Source: an uncultured virus (IMG/VR IMGVR_UViG_3300043029_000019) (taxonomy: Duplodnaviria; Heunggongvirae; Uroviricota; Caudoviricetes). From it: DNA of 20,000 bases. The translations under genes and the position numbers were made by a program. This document shows, in pieces, positions 8,781-16,570 of the stretch (positions are counted from its first letter, which is position 1; every line of letters starts with the position of its first letter). The stretch lies in IMG/VR virus record IMGVR_UViG_3300043029_000019, one strand, 5' to 3'. Under the pieces are notes generated by a model that was not told the origin of the DNA, ran no database searches, and worked only from the letters and a program-made list of their open reading frames with translations.

Positions 8781-8913
8781 GGTGTTTTCCCTTGGCCTTG
8801 TGCCGGGTATAGATAATACCGCGTTGCCCGTTCCCGAGGCGTTCACAGACCTCGCAGGGCGTTTTGTCCAGTGGCTGCCCCTCGTATGCACAGGTGCTGC
8901 AGTTGATGGCCAT
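8767..8913 (-). CDS. Small CxxC-x11-CxxC protein (48 aa)
   Basis: Hand translation: MAINCSTCAYEGQPLDKTPCEVCERLGNGQRGIIYTRHKAKGKHHGKE; starts 6 nt after the upstream stop. Not in the ORF track. Confidence 0.55.
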   Translation of the reverse strand: MAINCSTCAYEGQPLDKTPCEVCERLGNGQRGIIYTRHKAKGKHHGKE

Positions 8914-8918
8914 ATCGA

Positions 8919-9434
8919 TTAACCCTTTTGTTCACGCAGAATCTTGATCCGGTTACCAACCCAAGATTTCGACTTGCCGACAACTTCGCCGATCTTGGCA
9001 TAGGACATATTGGAATCGGCCATGTTCAAAATGGCCGCGTCCCGCTCTTCGTCGGTCATACCCTCGCCCCCCTCTTCCTCCAACGGTTCGCCGTCTTCCG
9101 TGCCTTCCTCAACCGTATCGTGCTGGCCGGCGTCATCTCCGTCGGGCGCATCGGTATCAAGTTCAGGCGTCGTATCAGGTTCGGGATTAGACTCGGGTTC
9201 TACAGTATCCGGTTCAGTCCCAGGCAGTGATTTTGGGTCCGGACTTTCCGACGGTTTGACGCCTTCGTACTTGCGGTACAACCCCGTCACCATCAGTTGA
9301 GTGATGTGGGAATCGTTGGTCACGTCACACACTGCGGCACCACCAAAATCGGGATTTTCCTTGAAGCAATAATCGAACTTGTCGATGGTTACAAAGGTAG
9401 GTCCGTCTCTCTTGATCAGGCACTCAATCCACAT
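8919..9434 (-). CDS. Hypothetical protein with acidic linker and C-terminal helix-turn-helix
   Basis: Likely start ATG 9434 (MWIECLIKRDG) after an AGGAGG RBS; C-terminal MSYAKIGEVVGKSKSWVGNRIK HTH pattern. Confidence 0.65.
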   Translation of the reverse strand: MWIECLIKRDGPTFVTIDKFDYCFKENPDFGGAAVCDVTNDSHITQLMVTGLYRKYEGVKPSESPDPKSLPGTEPDTVEPESNPEPDTTPELDTDAPDGDDAGQHDTVEEGTEDGEPLEEEGGEGMTDEERDAAILNMADSNMSYAKIGEVVGKSKSWVGNRIKILREQKG

Positions 9435-9491
9435 GGGTTCAGTCCTCCTGAACTTGTGTAGGGGCGAGTTCCCCCGCCCCATGATTTAGGG

Positions 9492-9929
9492 TTATGCCGG
9501 CACCGACAACGATTTGAGGCGCAGTTTTCCGGCTGCAGGAGTGCCAGCCGCGGTAACGACCTTGGCACCGATAACACGATCCGATGTGGATGCCGCAAGC
9601 TGCAAACCGGAAACGGTGTCGGCCCGCGCAACCCCACCAGCCTGTCCGACAGTGGACGAGTCGATGAGATTGGTAGACGCCACCAGATCGTCCCCATCAT
9701 CATTGACGATACCGACGCTCAACACCAAAGCGGTTGCATCATCGAGGTCATCCGCTTCCAGGATGGCATCAACAGGTTTGTGACCTGCCGGAAGATGGGC
9801 CAGTTTGACAATATCGTTCTGAGCCAGGGAATCGGGCAGCGAGTATTCACCCTCGTTGCACACCACCACCCCGGCTTGACCACCGGTAACGGGCGGGCGG
9901 GAAAGGTTTTTTGCGGTAAACAGAGCCAT
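9492..9929 (-). CDS. Putative capsid decoration/cement protein
   Basis: 145 aa, beta-rich (NDIVKLAHLPAG...DDLD...LSVG), directly after the major capsid gene; AAGGAG RBS. Confidence 0.6.
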   Translation of the reverse strand: MALFTAKNLSRPPVTGGQAGVVVCNEGEYSLPDSLAQNDIVKLAHLPAGHKPVDAILEADDLDDATALVLSVGIVNDDGDDLVASTNLIDSSTVGQAGGVARADTVSGLQLAASTSDRVIGAKVVTAAGTPAAGKLRLKSLSVPA

Positions 9930-9950
9930 GGTTCTATCTCCTTGGATAAG

Positions 9951-9969
9951 GCCCCGGTTGCCCAGGGGC
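9951..9969 (-). promoter_or_regulatory. GCAA-tetraloop hairpin between capsid and decoration genes
   Basis: Minus strand GCCCCTGG-GCAA-CCGGGGC with no strong U tract; possibly an mRNA stability or partial termination element. Confidence 0.4.
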
Positions 9970-9996
9970 GCTATGCTGTTACGTTACGCAGCTACC

Positions 9997-11106
9997 TTAA
10001 ATAGACGGGGCAGCCGCAGCGGTATCGATGGCGTATACGCCGAAATCGACGCCGTTGAACGTACACTTTTTAAAGCCCCAGATACACGAGGTCGAGATGA
10101 TGATCTCGTTGTCGTTATCCTCGGTGCCTTCGTACCAGTCGAAGCGCAGACCGACGCCGCCCTTGGAGCCGAACGCCACTGCGCCAGCCTGACGGCCAAG
10201 CACCAGAGCGCGGGCTGCGGCCACGTCGCCACCGCTGCCGTAGTCGGAGAATCGGATAATGCCTTCTTCCTCCTGCAGCACCATGTTGCCGTACTTGCCG
10301 AGGGAGTTTTTGAAAATATCCGCATCCCGACCGACAGCATTGGCCAGAGCTTTCTGCAGGTCCATCCATTGTCCGGTACCGGTATTGGTGCGCAGATCCT
10401 CGGCCTGCTGGGGATTCATCATGCACACATAGTGCTTTTCGCCGTTGATCATGACCGGCTGCAGTTTGGGAGTCCCCTGGGAACCGCCGCCCATGAGTTT
10501 GATAGCCGTCCCAACCTTGTCGAGTTCGGTCAGGGTCATGGTGTCGGTGCTGGCCAACGTCGCCTTGGTTTTACCGCCGCCGTAGCGGATATGGTAGCTA
10601 TCCGGAGCCGACAGGCTGTTGTTAGCGCGACCGGTCCAGTCGGTGTCGTAAACGAAATCATCGTTTACGCCGCGGGCCCCCGACAGATACATGAACACAC
10701 ACTCGGAGAATGCCCGTGCCCACCATTCGGACATGCGCGCCTTGGCGGTATTCCGCATGGAATGCAGGGTACGCTTCCGGGTCATGCGCCCGCCGCCATT
10801 GACGCCGCCGCGCATCTGGTCGATATAGACCGAATCCGAGTAGAATTTCAGCGCTTCTTCGGTCCCGCGCTGCTTGTTGTCCCCCTCTATGGGCCTCTGT
10901 TTGAGCTGTACCGACAGATCGTAAGTGATCTGTTCGCCGGCATCGCTTTCGAGCTCGTCCAGTTGGACAATGGGGGCTTGGGCTGCCTCGCCTTTGCCGA
11001 TGTACTTCCGGTTCCAGGGGTTTTGCCGGGCAACATCGACGGCCATCATGCCGGAGTACCGTTTGACCGCCTTGGGGTCGCCCAGGCCAACGATGGATCT
11101 CGCCAT
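9997..11106 (-). CDS. Major capsid protein, N4-gp56/DUF4043-like family
   Basis: 369 aa; DPKAVKRYS, ELESDAGEQITYDL, EGDN..RGTEEALKFYSD.VYIDQMR.GV and DFGVYAIDTA; follows the scaffold. Confidence 0.9.
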   Translation of the reverse strand: MARSIVGLGDPKAVKRYSGMMAVDVARQNPWNRKYIGKGEAAQAPIVQLDELESDAGEQITYDLSVQLKQRPIEGDNKQRGTEEALKFYSDSVYIDQMRGGVNGGGRMTRKRTLHSMRNTAKARMSEWWARAFSECVFMYLSGARGVNDDFVYDTDWTGRANNSLSAPDSYHIRYGGGKTKATLASTDTMTLTELDKVGTAIKLMGGGSQGTPKLQPVMINGEKHYVCMMNPQQAEDLRTNTGTGQWMDLQKALANAVGRDADIFKNSLGKYGNMVLQEEEGIIRFSDYGSGGDVAAARALVLGRQAGAVAFGSKGGVGLRFDWYEGTEDNDNEIIISTSCIWGFKKCTFNGVDFGVYAIDTAAAAPSI

Positions 11107-11127
11107 GGGTTCATCCTTTCTGTGTGC

Positions 11128-11141
11128 GGCACTCCAGCGCC
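11128..11141 (-). promoter_or_regulatory. GGA-loop hairpin upstream of the capsid RBS (candidate CsrA-type operator)
   Basis: Minus strand GGCGC-TGGA-GTGCC (5 bp, one G-U pair), followed about 10 nt later by the SD AAGGATG. Confidence 0.5.
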
Positions 11142-11150
11142 AGGGTTAAT

Positions 11151-11327
11151 TTATCGGGCTTTCCTCAGCCCTTCTTGTTTTTCGTCCCTCTCAATCGGGA
11201 CGGACCTATCCGCTTCTATACGCAGCCGGACGCGCTGACCGCTCTTTTCCTCCACCGCGACCTTAGCCTTGCCGCCTATCTTGATGGCCTCACCCGGCCG
11301 CAAATCCAAAAACAGCCTGCACGTCAC
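11151..11327 (-). CDS. CsrA/RsmA-like RNA-binding protein (58 aa)
   Basis: GTG start after a GAGG RBS. MTCRLFLDLRPGEAIKIGGKAKVAVEEKSGQRVRLRIEADRSVPIERDEKQEGLRKAR aligns without gaps to the CsrA pattern (L.R..GE...IG....V.V....G.QVR+.+.A...V.+.REE). Below the ORF-track size cut-off. Confidence 0.75.
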   Translation of the reverse strand: MTCRLFLDLRPGEAIKIGGKAKVAVEEKSGQRVRLRIEADRSVPIERDEKQEGLRKAR

Positions 11328-11333
11328 GGTCTG

Positions 11334-12380
11334 TTACCTCCCTGCCAAATAGCGTTCCTGCTGTGCCGGTGTCATTTTCTCCAGCGCCGTTTCCAGATCC
11401 ACACCGGTCAGCTTGTCCAGGTGGGCAAACTCGCTATTGTTGGCCTTCGGGTTTTCCACACCAGCGGCCGGCACATCGCCGAGGTTCGGGGCGTCCGGAG
11501 CCTTGGACTTGGGCTTGGCAGTTTTTTGACCCTTGTTTTTCTTGCCGCCCGCGTCGGGCTTGGGCTTTTCGGGAACAAATCCAAATGCTTTTTCCACATT
11601 GGACTTGGCCTGTTCCAGAATCTGCATATGGCCCATATTGCCGATCTCACCAGCCTGCACCATGCGTTTCACTTCGCTGTCCAGGGCGGCAAACTTGGTC
11701 GGGTTGCTCTCCTGGGTATAATCCTTGTGCTGGGACAGGAAGACGGTGACCGCTTTGCCCCAGCGCCGATTCTCGGTCTCCTGCATGCGCTGCTGATAAT
11801 CGTCCGACTTGATCTTGTCCACCTGCTCGTCATACTCGGCGGGCGACAGCTCACCATCGTTGAGTTTTTCGCGCAGGTCTTTGATCTGCTCCTGTGCCGC
11901 ATCGGAGTAATCGAACGGATTGACCGGTTCTTCCTTGTCGTCGTATTCGACCGGTTCGGGATCAGCATCCCCGTCGTCAGGTTCATCTCCTTCGGGACTT
12001 TCCTCGTCGGGGTCGTCCCCATCATCGGTGTCCTGCTCTTCGCCTTCATCGTCTTCGGCATCTTCGCCGTCGGGGTCGTCGCCCTCTTCTCCGACATCAT
12101 CCCCTTCGGGAGCCCCATCCTCCCCGCCTTCATCGTCTTCGGCATCTTCGCCGTCGGGGTCGTCGCCCTCTTCTCCGACATCATCCCCTTCGGGAGCCCC
12201 ATCCTCCCCGCCTTCATCGTCTTCGGCATCTTCGCCGTCTTCCTCCCCGTCATCGTCGGGCAGGTCGACCGGGGAAGCCGTGGCGGTCAGTTCAGCTTCG
12301 TCCACGTCGGCCTCGATGGCGGCGCGTTCCTCTTCCGACAAACTGGCCAATTCCTCATCGCTGTATCCGCTGGTGCTCAT
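11334..12380 (-). CDS. Capsid scaffolding protein (highly acidic)
   Basis: 348 aa; D/E-rich N-terminus; C-terminal PNLGDVPAA...EFAHLDKL.G.DLE.AL.KM...QQERYL; lies between portal and capsid. Confidence 0.75.
   Translation of the reverse strand: MSTSGYSDEELASLSEEERAAIEADVDEAELTATASPVDLPDDDGEEDGEDAEDDEGGEDGAPEGDDVGEEGDDPDGEDAEDDEGGEDGAPEGDDVGEEGDDPDGEDAEDDEGEEQDTDDGDDPDEESPEGDEPDDGDADPEPVEYDDKEEPVNPFDYSDAAQEQIKDLREKLNDGELSPAEYDEQVDKIKSDDYQQRMQETENRRWGKAVTVFLSQHKDYTQESNPTKFAALDSEVKRMVQAGEIGNMGHMQILEQAKSNVEKAFGFVPEKPKPDAGGKKNKGQKTAKPKSKAPDAPNLGDVPAAGVENPKANNSEFAHLDKLTGVDLETALEKMTPAQQERYLAGR
12041..12239. repeat. Perfect in-frame 84-bp tandem repeat (about 2.4 copies)
   Basis: Units start at 12041, 12125 and 12209; encodes EDAEDDEGGEDGAPEGDDVGEEGDDPDG. 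Confidence 0.95.
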
Positions 12381-12404
12381 GCTCCGTGCTCCTTTCGCTT
12401 TCCG

Positions 12405-14594
12405 TTATTGGTTGTTGTTCTGCGCAGGGATCCCCCGCGCTGCATCGTCCATAATATCGTCTGCCATGGTCCCAAGTGCCGGGGTCGCATGCAATGCCGA
12501 GGAAATCTCCAGAGCCTGCTTCATGCCGTCGAGCTTTTCGGTGAGGGCCTTGGCCATAGATGTGTTGCCCTTACCTAAGGCTTCCTTGGCCTCGCCTTCC
12601 AGTTTTTCAAGTTCAGCCATGACTTTACGCATCTGCAGTTCCTGATCCTGCTTCTGCTGTTCGTCAAGTTCCGCCTTTTCTTCCTCGCTCAACTCTTCAT
12701 CGTCTGGCCGCTGCCCGGTGATCTTGCGAACCCTTGCCACCACTTCATCACGCATCGGGATGTCGGCCATTTCCAAAGCAATATCCAGCAAGGCCATGGC
12801 CGCCTGTGCCATACCTCCTTGCGCCAGCGCCGTGATCAGTTCCATCATTGTTTCGTACATGGCCTGACGGACACTAGTGTGATATGCCCGCTCGTCAATA
12901 ATGAAATCGGCCTTGGCCGCTGTAACCGGATTTAGAACCTCTCCACCATCGGCATTTTCGTTGATCGTTGTGTATTCCGGATTACCACGCTCGTTGGTCA
13001 GCCGGAATGTCTTTTCCTCGTCGTAATACTGCTCGACCAGGCAAAGCTGCTTCTCGCCGGAGATTTGCCGCGCCAAGCGCAGATTGTCGAACAGATCCAG
13101 CGTTGTAAGGCTGCCCTGTTCCTGCCGCCGTTCAATGGCCGCGCCACTGACAGCATTGGTCTTGCGCCCCATCAGTTCATCGGTGACGCCGGATACCTCG
13201 GAAATGTATTGCGCATCCTGGCCCATCAGATTCACATACTCTTCGGCCAGGGTTTTATCGTTGCGGATCTCCAGGTTCTTATTCGACTTTTTAAAGATGA
13301 TGCCGTCCGGCCGCGCCACCTCTTCGGCCAGTTCGTCCACGTCGTCGACGGCCCCTTCATCGGCTATGACCTGGTTGGTGGCCAGAATAAACTGCGCCTT
13401 GGAACGGGCTTTATTCAGGTCAACCTGGGGATCGCGCAGGTTGCGCACCGCACCGTAAGGGGCGTTGTCGCGCTTGCGCCGATAGCCCCAAACAGGAGTG
13501 AGTGGAAAACGGTTGTGCCAATAAGGAAGCGGTCCTTCGTGCAGTAATTCACCGTCGAATGCCTTTTCGGTTTCCATTCCGGAGGGTGCGGTAAAGATCA
13601 TGTGCCGCATCACCATCATCATGCGATTGCCGACAATGGGAGCCAGGCCGTTCTCCACGGCCCACACAAGCACTTGGTCCTGCTTGTTGTACCAACAGCC
13701 TCGAAAAGGACCGTTGCCGCCGAGAATCTGCACCACTTCAGGGTTTTTGTACCAGCACTCGACCAAACGCACACGTTGGCGCCGGGTGCCGTCGCCGTTG
13801 GGAATATTGTCGACATAAGCGGTACGCGACTCGCCCACCACGCGCAGATCGTCATCGTCCATGCCGGTCAGATAAGACTGATTCTCAGCCGCTGCCTCCA
13901 AGACCCTCTCATGCCCCTTGAACAGCATCTTGGCCACGTCCAGATCGATGGACCGGCTGCGGAACAGGAAACGGGCGTCGCTCATGTCCGGCTCGACGCT
14001 CAGGTGGTCGTAATGAACGTTGCGCCAATTCTCGTAACGCACGAACAGCTTTTCCTCTAGAGGGTTGGGGTTGATCCCCTCTTCCACCCAGCCGACCCCA
14101 GCCGATACGCCATCATCGAACGCTCGGGACCATATTGAACGCTGGCGATTAACGTCATGCACGTATTTCAGCAACTTGGTCTTGCTCTCGGCACCATCAG
14201 CATCTTCCTTGCCGCGGGGAACCACCTTGAAATCGACGCGGGTGCGCTTTTCGCTGCCGGTGATCCAGGCGATGGCCGGCTTGATCTTGTTGAACACCAG
14301 CGGCGCCTGATTGCGGTCGCGCAGGGCCTGAATTTCATCTTCGGTCCACTGAATGCCGTCGCGGAAATCCTGATCTGTTGCCATCTCGACTCGGTTGTCC
14401 GACTGATAATCACGCTCGTCGATGTAGCGACACAGCATCTGCGTGAACCGTTTTTGCACTTCTTTCTTCTGCAAATGAGCCTTGGACCTGAGCGCCTGCG
14501 GAACAGGCTGTGCAGCCAAAAGTTCAGCCTCTTTGTCTACCCATGGCTGGCGGGCTTGGACTGTGCGTACATTCTCGATCTGCGCTTGATTCAT
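12405..14594 (-). CDS. Portal protein, P22-like
   Basis: 729 aa; DFRDGIQWT...R.Q.PLVFNKIKP, G.GWVE, PYG.VR.LRDPQ.DLNK, SG.AIERRQEQG and a C-terminal coiled-coil barrel. Confidence 0.9.
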   Translation of the reverse strand: MNQAQIENVRTVQARQPWVDKEAELLAAQPVPQALRSKAHLQKKEVQKRFTQMLCRYIDERDYQSDNRVEMATDQDFRDGIQWTEDEIQALRDRNQAPLVFNKIKPAIAWITGSEKRTRVDFKVVPRGKEDADGAESKTKLLKYVHDVNRQRSIWSRAFDDGVSAGVGWVEEGINPNPLEEKLFVRYENWRNVHYDHLSVEPDMSDARFLFRSRSIDLDVAKMLFKGHERVLEAAAENQSYLTGMDDDDLRVVGESRTAYVDNIPNGDGTRRQRVRLVECWYKNPEVVQILGGNGPFRGCWYNKQDQVLVWAVENGLAPIVGNRMMMVMRHMIFTAPSGMETEKAFDGELLHEGPLPYWHNRFPLTPVWGYRRKRDNAPYGAVRNLRDPQVDLNKARSKAQFILATNQVIADEGAVDDVDELAEEVARPDGIIFKKSNKNLEIRNDKTLAEEYVNLMGQDAQYISEVSGVTDELMGRKTNAVSGAAIERRQEQGSLTTLDLFDNLRLARQISGEKQLCLVEQYYDEEKTFRLTNERGNPEYTTINENADGGEVLNPVTAAKADFIIDERAYHTSVRQAMYETMMELITALAQGGMAQAAMALLDIALEMADIPMRDEVVARVRKITGQRPDDEELSEEEKAELDEQQKQDQELQMRKVMAELEKLEGEAKEALGKGNTSMAKALTEKLDGMKQALEISSALHATPALGTMADDIMDDAARGIPAQNNNQ

Positions 14595-14601
14595 CGTCGC
14601 C

Positions 14602-14997
14602 TCAGTTCAGAAGGTCTTGCCGGAAGGATTTGCCGTTCATTTTCCCGGTTATCTCGCCCACTACCTGCCGCTCACGCTTCGGAGCTGCAGGAGCATGCAC
14701 CAACTCGTCAAGATGGTCCTGGACGTAAAACGCGATATGGGACAAGGTAGATTCGTCTGTCGGATAATCCAGCGCCCCGGCAATGTTGCGGCAGGCCAGC
14801 AGCACCGCCATTTGATCGTTCCTGTTTTCCGGTTCGTTGTACTTCCACGCCGATTCCAGCGGAATAATGGCCGACCGCCCAAGATACCCGGGACGGTATA
14901 GAAACAGGGCTGGCTGCTCTTTATGGGGCTGTTCCGGGTCCAGAGCAAAGTGAATGATCTTGTGGGTCAAATCACCTGTCAGATTGATACCGGCCAT
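14602..14997 (-). CDS. Phage hypothetical protein preceding the portal
   Basis: 131 aa; start overlaps the upstream stop (TAATG); GGAGGG RBS. Confidence 0.65.
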   Translation of the reverse strand: MAGINLTGDLTHKIIHFALDPEQPHKEQPALFLYRPGYLGRSAIIPLESAWKYNEPENRNDQMAVLLACRNIAGALDYPTDESTLSHIAFYVQDHLDELVHAPAAPKRERQVVGEITGKMNGKSFRQDLLN

Positions 14998-15248
14998 TAG
15001 CTATCCCTCCGCGTAAAATGCCGCCACAGGCGAACATACCAGGGCGCGACGGGCTTCTTGCAGGCCACCTTGCCCTCGCACTTGAGAACAATACGATCCC
15101 GAGAAACGATCTTTTGTACCCGCCACAAAGCGCCGTTGACCTCCCACACTTCCCCGCGCACTACCGGAGCAGCGTCGAGTTTGCGGTGTCCCAGCAGCAT
15201 TTCACGCTGCTTGGCGTCCAGGGGATTCGTGCAGCCCTTGCTTTTCAT
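14997..15248 (-). CDS. Hypothetical protein (83 aa)
   Basis: Translationally coupled on both sides (ATGA / TAATG); small beta-rich domain. Confidence 0.55.
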   Translation of the reverse strand: MKSKGCTNPLDAKQREMLLGHRKLDAAPVVRGEVWEVNGALWRVQKIVSRDRIVLKCEGKVACKKPVAPWYVRLWRHFTRRDS

Positions 15249-15871
15249 GCCAGTGCCCCCAGGTCGTTGCCGTCCTTATGCGGAAAATCGCGGTGATCGA
15301 CCGTCGAACCGTTAACCATGATCCGGCTGCCAAGCTCGATACGGGCCGACAGCAGCATCTTGTCACCGCGTTTGACACCGATATAGGGCGGGTTCTGGTT
15401 GTTCAGCACGACGCGCAGGGGATCAGCAGCGGCCACAACCGCACCAGGCTCCAGGTTCTCCAACTCGGCCGGGTCAATATCAACGCTGGCAACAACTTCG
15501 ACTTTGCCGAAATCCTCATACCCTTCGACCAGCGGCGCCAGGGCATGCACGGTATTACGGAACAACACGTCTTTGGCCTGTTGCTCTTTGGGCAACTGAT
15601 CGAACGGAACCATGCAGGGGTGGGTCTTGGCCGTACCGTCCTTCTCTTCGCCGAATACCCAGCCGTCAGCCTCTTTCTGTGCCATCCAGCTTTCATGGCT
15701 GGCCTGCGGTCCTGCGTTAGGGTTGTCCAGATGGAACTGAACTCCCGCAATAGCGCTTTCCTTCTGCCACTTCGGAGCGTAATGCCAGCTTTTCTGGCTG
15801 TCGTCGCCCAGGGCTTGGCAGTATTCGCGGTTGGCTTCGTGGCAAATTTCGGCGATCTGTTCAACGGTCAT
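15245..15871 (-). CDS. RyR (ryanodine-receptor repeat) domain protein with a C-terminal extension
   Basis: HESWMAQKEADGWVFGEEKDGTAKTHPCMVPFDQLPKEQQAKD matches the RyR domain signature (H..W...K...GW.YG...D...K.HP.+VP+..L...++.KD). Confidence 0.8.
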   Translation of the reverse strand: MTVEQIAEICHEANREYCQALGDDSQKSWHYAPKWQKESAIAGVQFHLDNPNAGPQASHESWMAQKEADGWVFGEEKDGTAKTHPCMVPFDQLPKEQQAKDVLFRNTVHALAPLVEGYEDFGKVEVVASVDIDPAELENLEPGAVVAAADPLRVVLNNQNPPYIGVKRGDKMLLSARIELGSRIMVNGSTVDHRDFPHKDGNDLGALA

Positions 15872-16145
15872 TGGCTTTGCTCCCTTTGATATAGCCTTCG
15901 GCCAGCTTGATTGCGGCCTCCGAGTCGGTCATGTCCACTGGCACCATGACCTTAACTGTCAATACGGATTTGCGATAAAGAGCTGTCGTAAAGTGGCAAT
16001 ACTCAGGCGTTAAAGCCTCGTCTACTCCAACCCTAAAAGGTTTATGTCTACCCGCCGCCTCTACGGTATCCATGCGGCTATCAACCAAGTTAATCTGCCC
16101 AGCCGCGATTCCCCCGACGAACAACAGCCTTTCCATATTCGGCAT
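15861..16145 (-). CDS. Hypothetical protein (about 94 aa)
   Basis: Likely start ATG 16145 (MPNMERLLFVGG) after an AAGGGG RBS; overlaps the RyR gene start. Confidence 0.5.
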   Translation of the reverse strand: MPNMERLLFVGGIAAGQINLVDSRMDTVEAAGRHKPFRVGVDEALTPEYCHFTTALYRKSVLTVKVMVPVDMTDSEAAIKLAEGYIKGSKANDR

Positions 16146-16155
16146 CCTTGCCCCC

Positions 16156-16557
16156 TTACTCGTTACACGCAATCGCGGCATTGGCCCACATGACCGCTTG
16201 CCGCACATTCAAAAGCGCCTCAGTCCGTTCAATTCCGGGCGGGCAGAACTCTTCAATGAGTGTGGCCAGTTCCTTCCCGGCTTCGCGGATCTTCTGGTAG
16301 CGCTCCACCTGGTCGCCCTTGGGGGGATGATGGGTAAACAGATTATTGAGTGCGTCGTCTCGCTTCTGTTCCCGTCTCTCTTTGGCTTTTTTCATGTGCT
16401 TATGGTGCAGCATTTCTGCAAGACCGTTATAATCGCTTGCAGTCGCTCCGAAACCACACAGACTGCAATGGGCAGACGCTCCACCGTGCCCATATTCGGG
16501 TTCTACAACCTCAAGCAACCCTCCGCACTCAGGACAACCAAGGATCTTTTCAATCAT
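16156..16557 (-). CDS. Zn-ribbon fused to an Acb2/Tad1-like helical hairpin domain (candidate anti-defence nucleotide sponge)
   Basis: Likely start ATG 16557 after AGGAGAGG. N-terminal CPEC...CSLC; C-terminal FTHHPPKGDQVERYQKIREAGKELATLIEEFCPPGIERTEALLNVRQAVMWANAAIACNE, whose A.MWA..A+ ending resembles Acb2/Vs.4. Confidence 0.65.
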   Translation of the reverse strand: MIEKILGCPECGGLLEVVEPEYGHGGASAHCSLCGFGATASDYNGLAEMLHHKHMKKAKERREQKRDDALNNLFTHHPPKGDQVERYQKIREAGKELATLIEEFCPPGIERTEALLNVRQAVMWANAAIACNE

Positions 16558-16570
16558 GGCTTCCTCTCCT

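Noticed and set aside
8780..8795. In-phase slippery heptamer G GGA AAA at the end of the 48-aa CxxC ORF
   Set aside because: A -1 shift enters the unsupported 8552..8770 frame; the diphosphohydrolase is in the +1 frame, so no meaningful fusion results.
12041..12239. Possible CRISPR array
   Set aside because: Units are fully identical with no unique spacers, in frame within a CDS, and there are no cas genes.
9928..12645. Long plus-strand ORFs (436, 484 and 241 aa) and similar ones at 16556..17665 and 18619..19500
   Set aside because: Antisense shadows of well-supported minus-strand genes in GC-rich, codon-biased DNA; no recognisable motifs.
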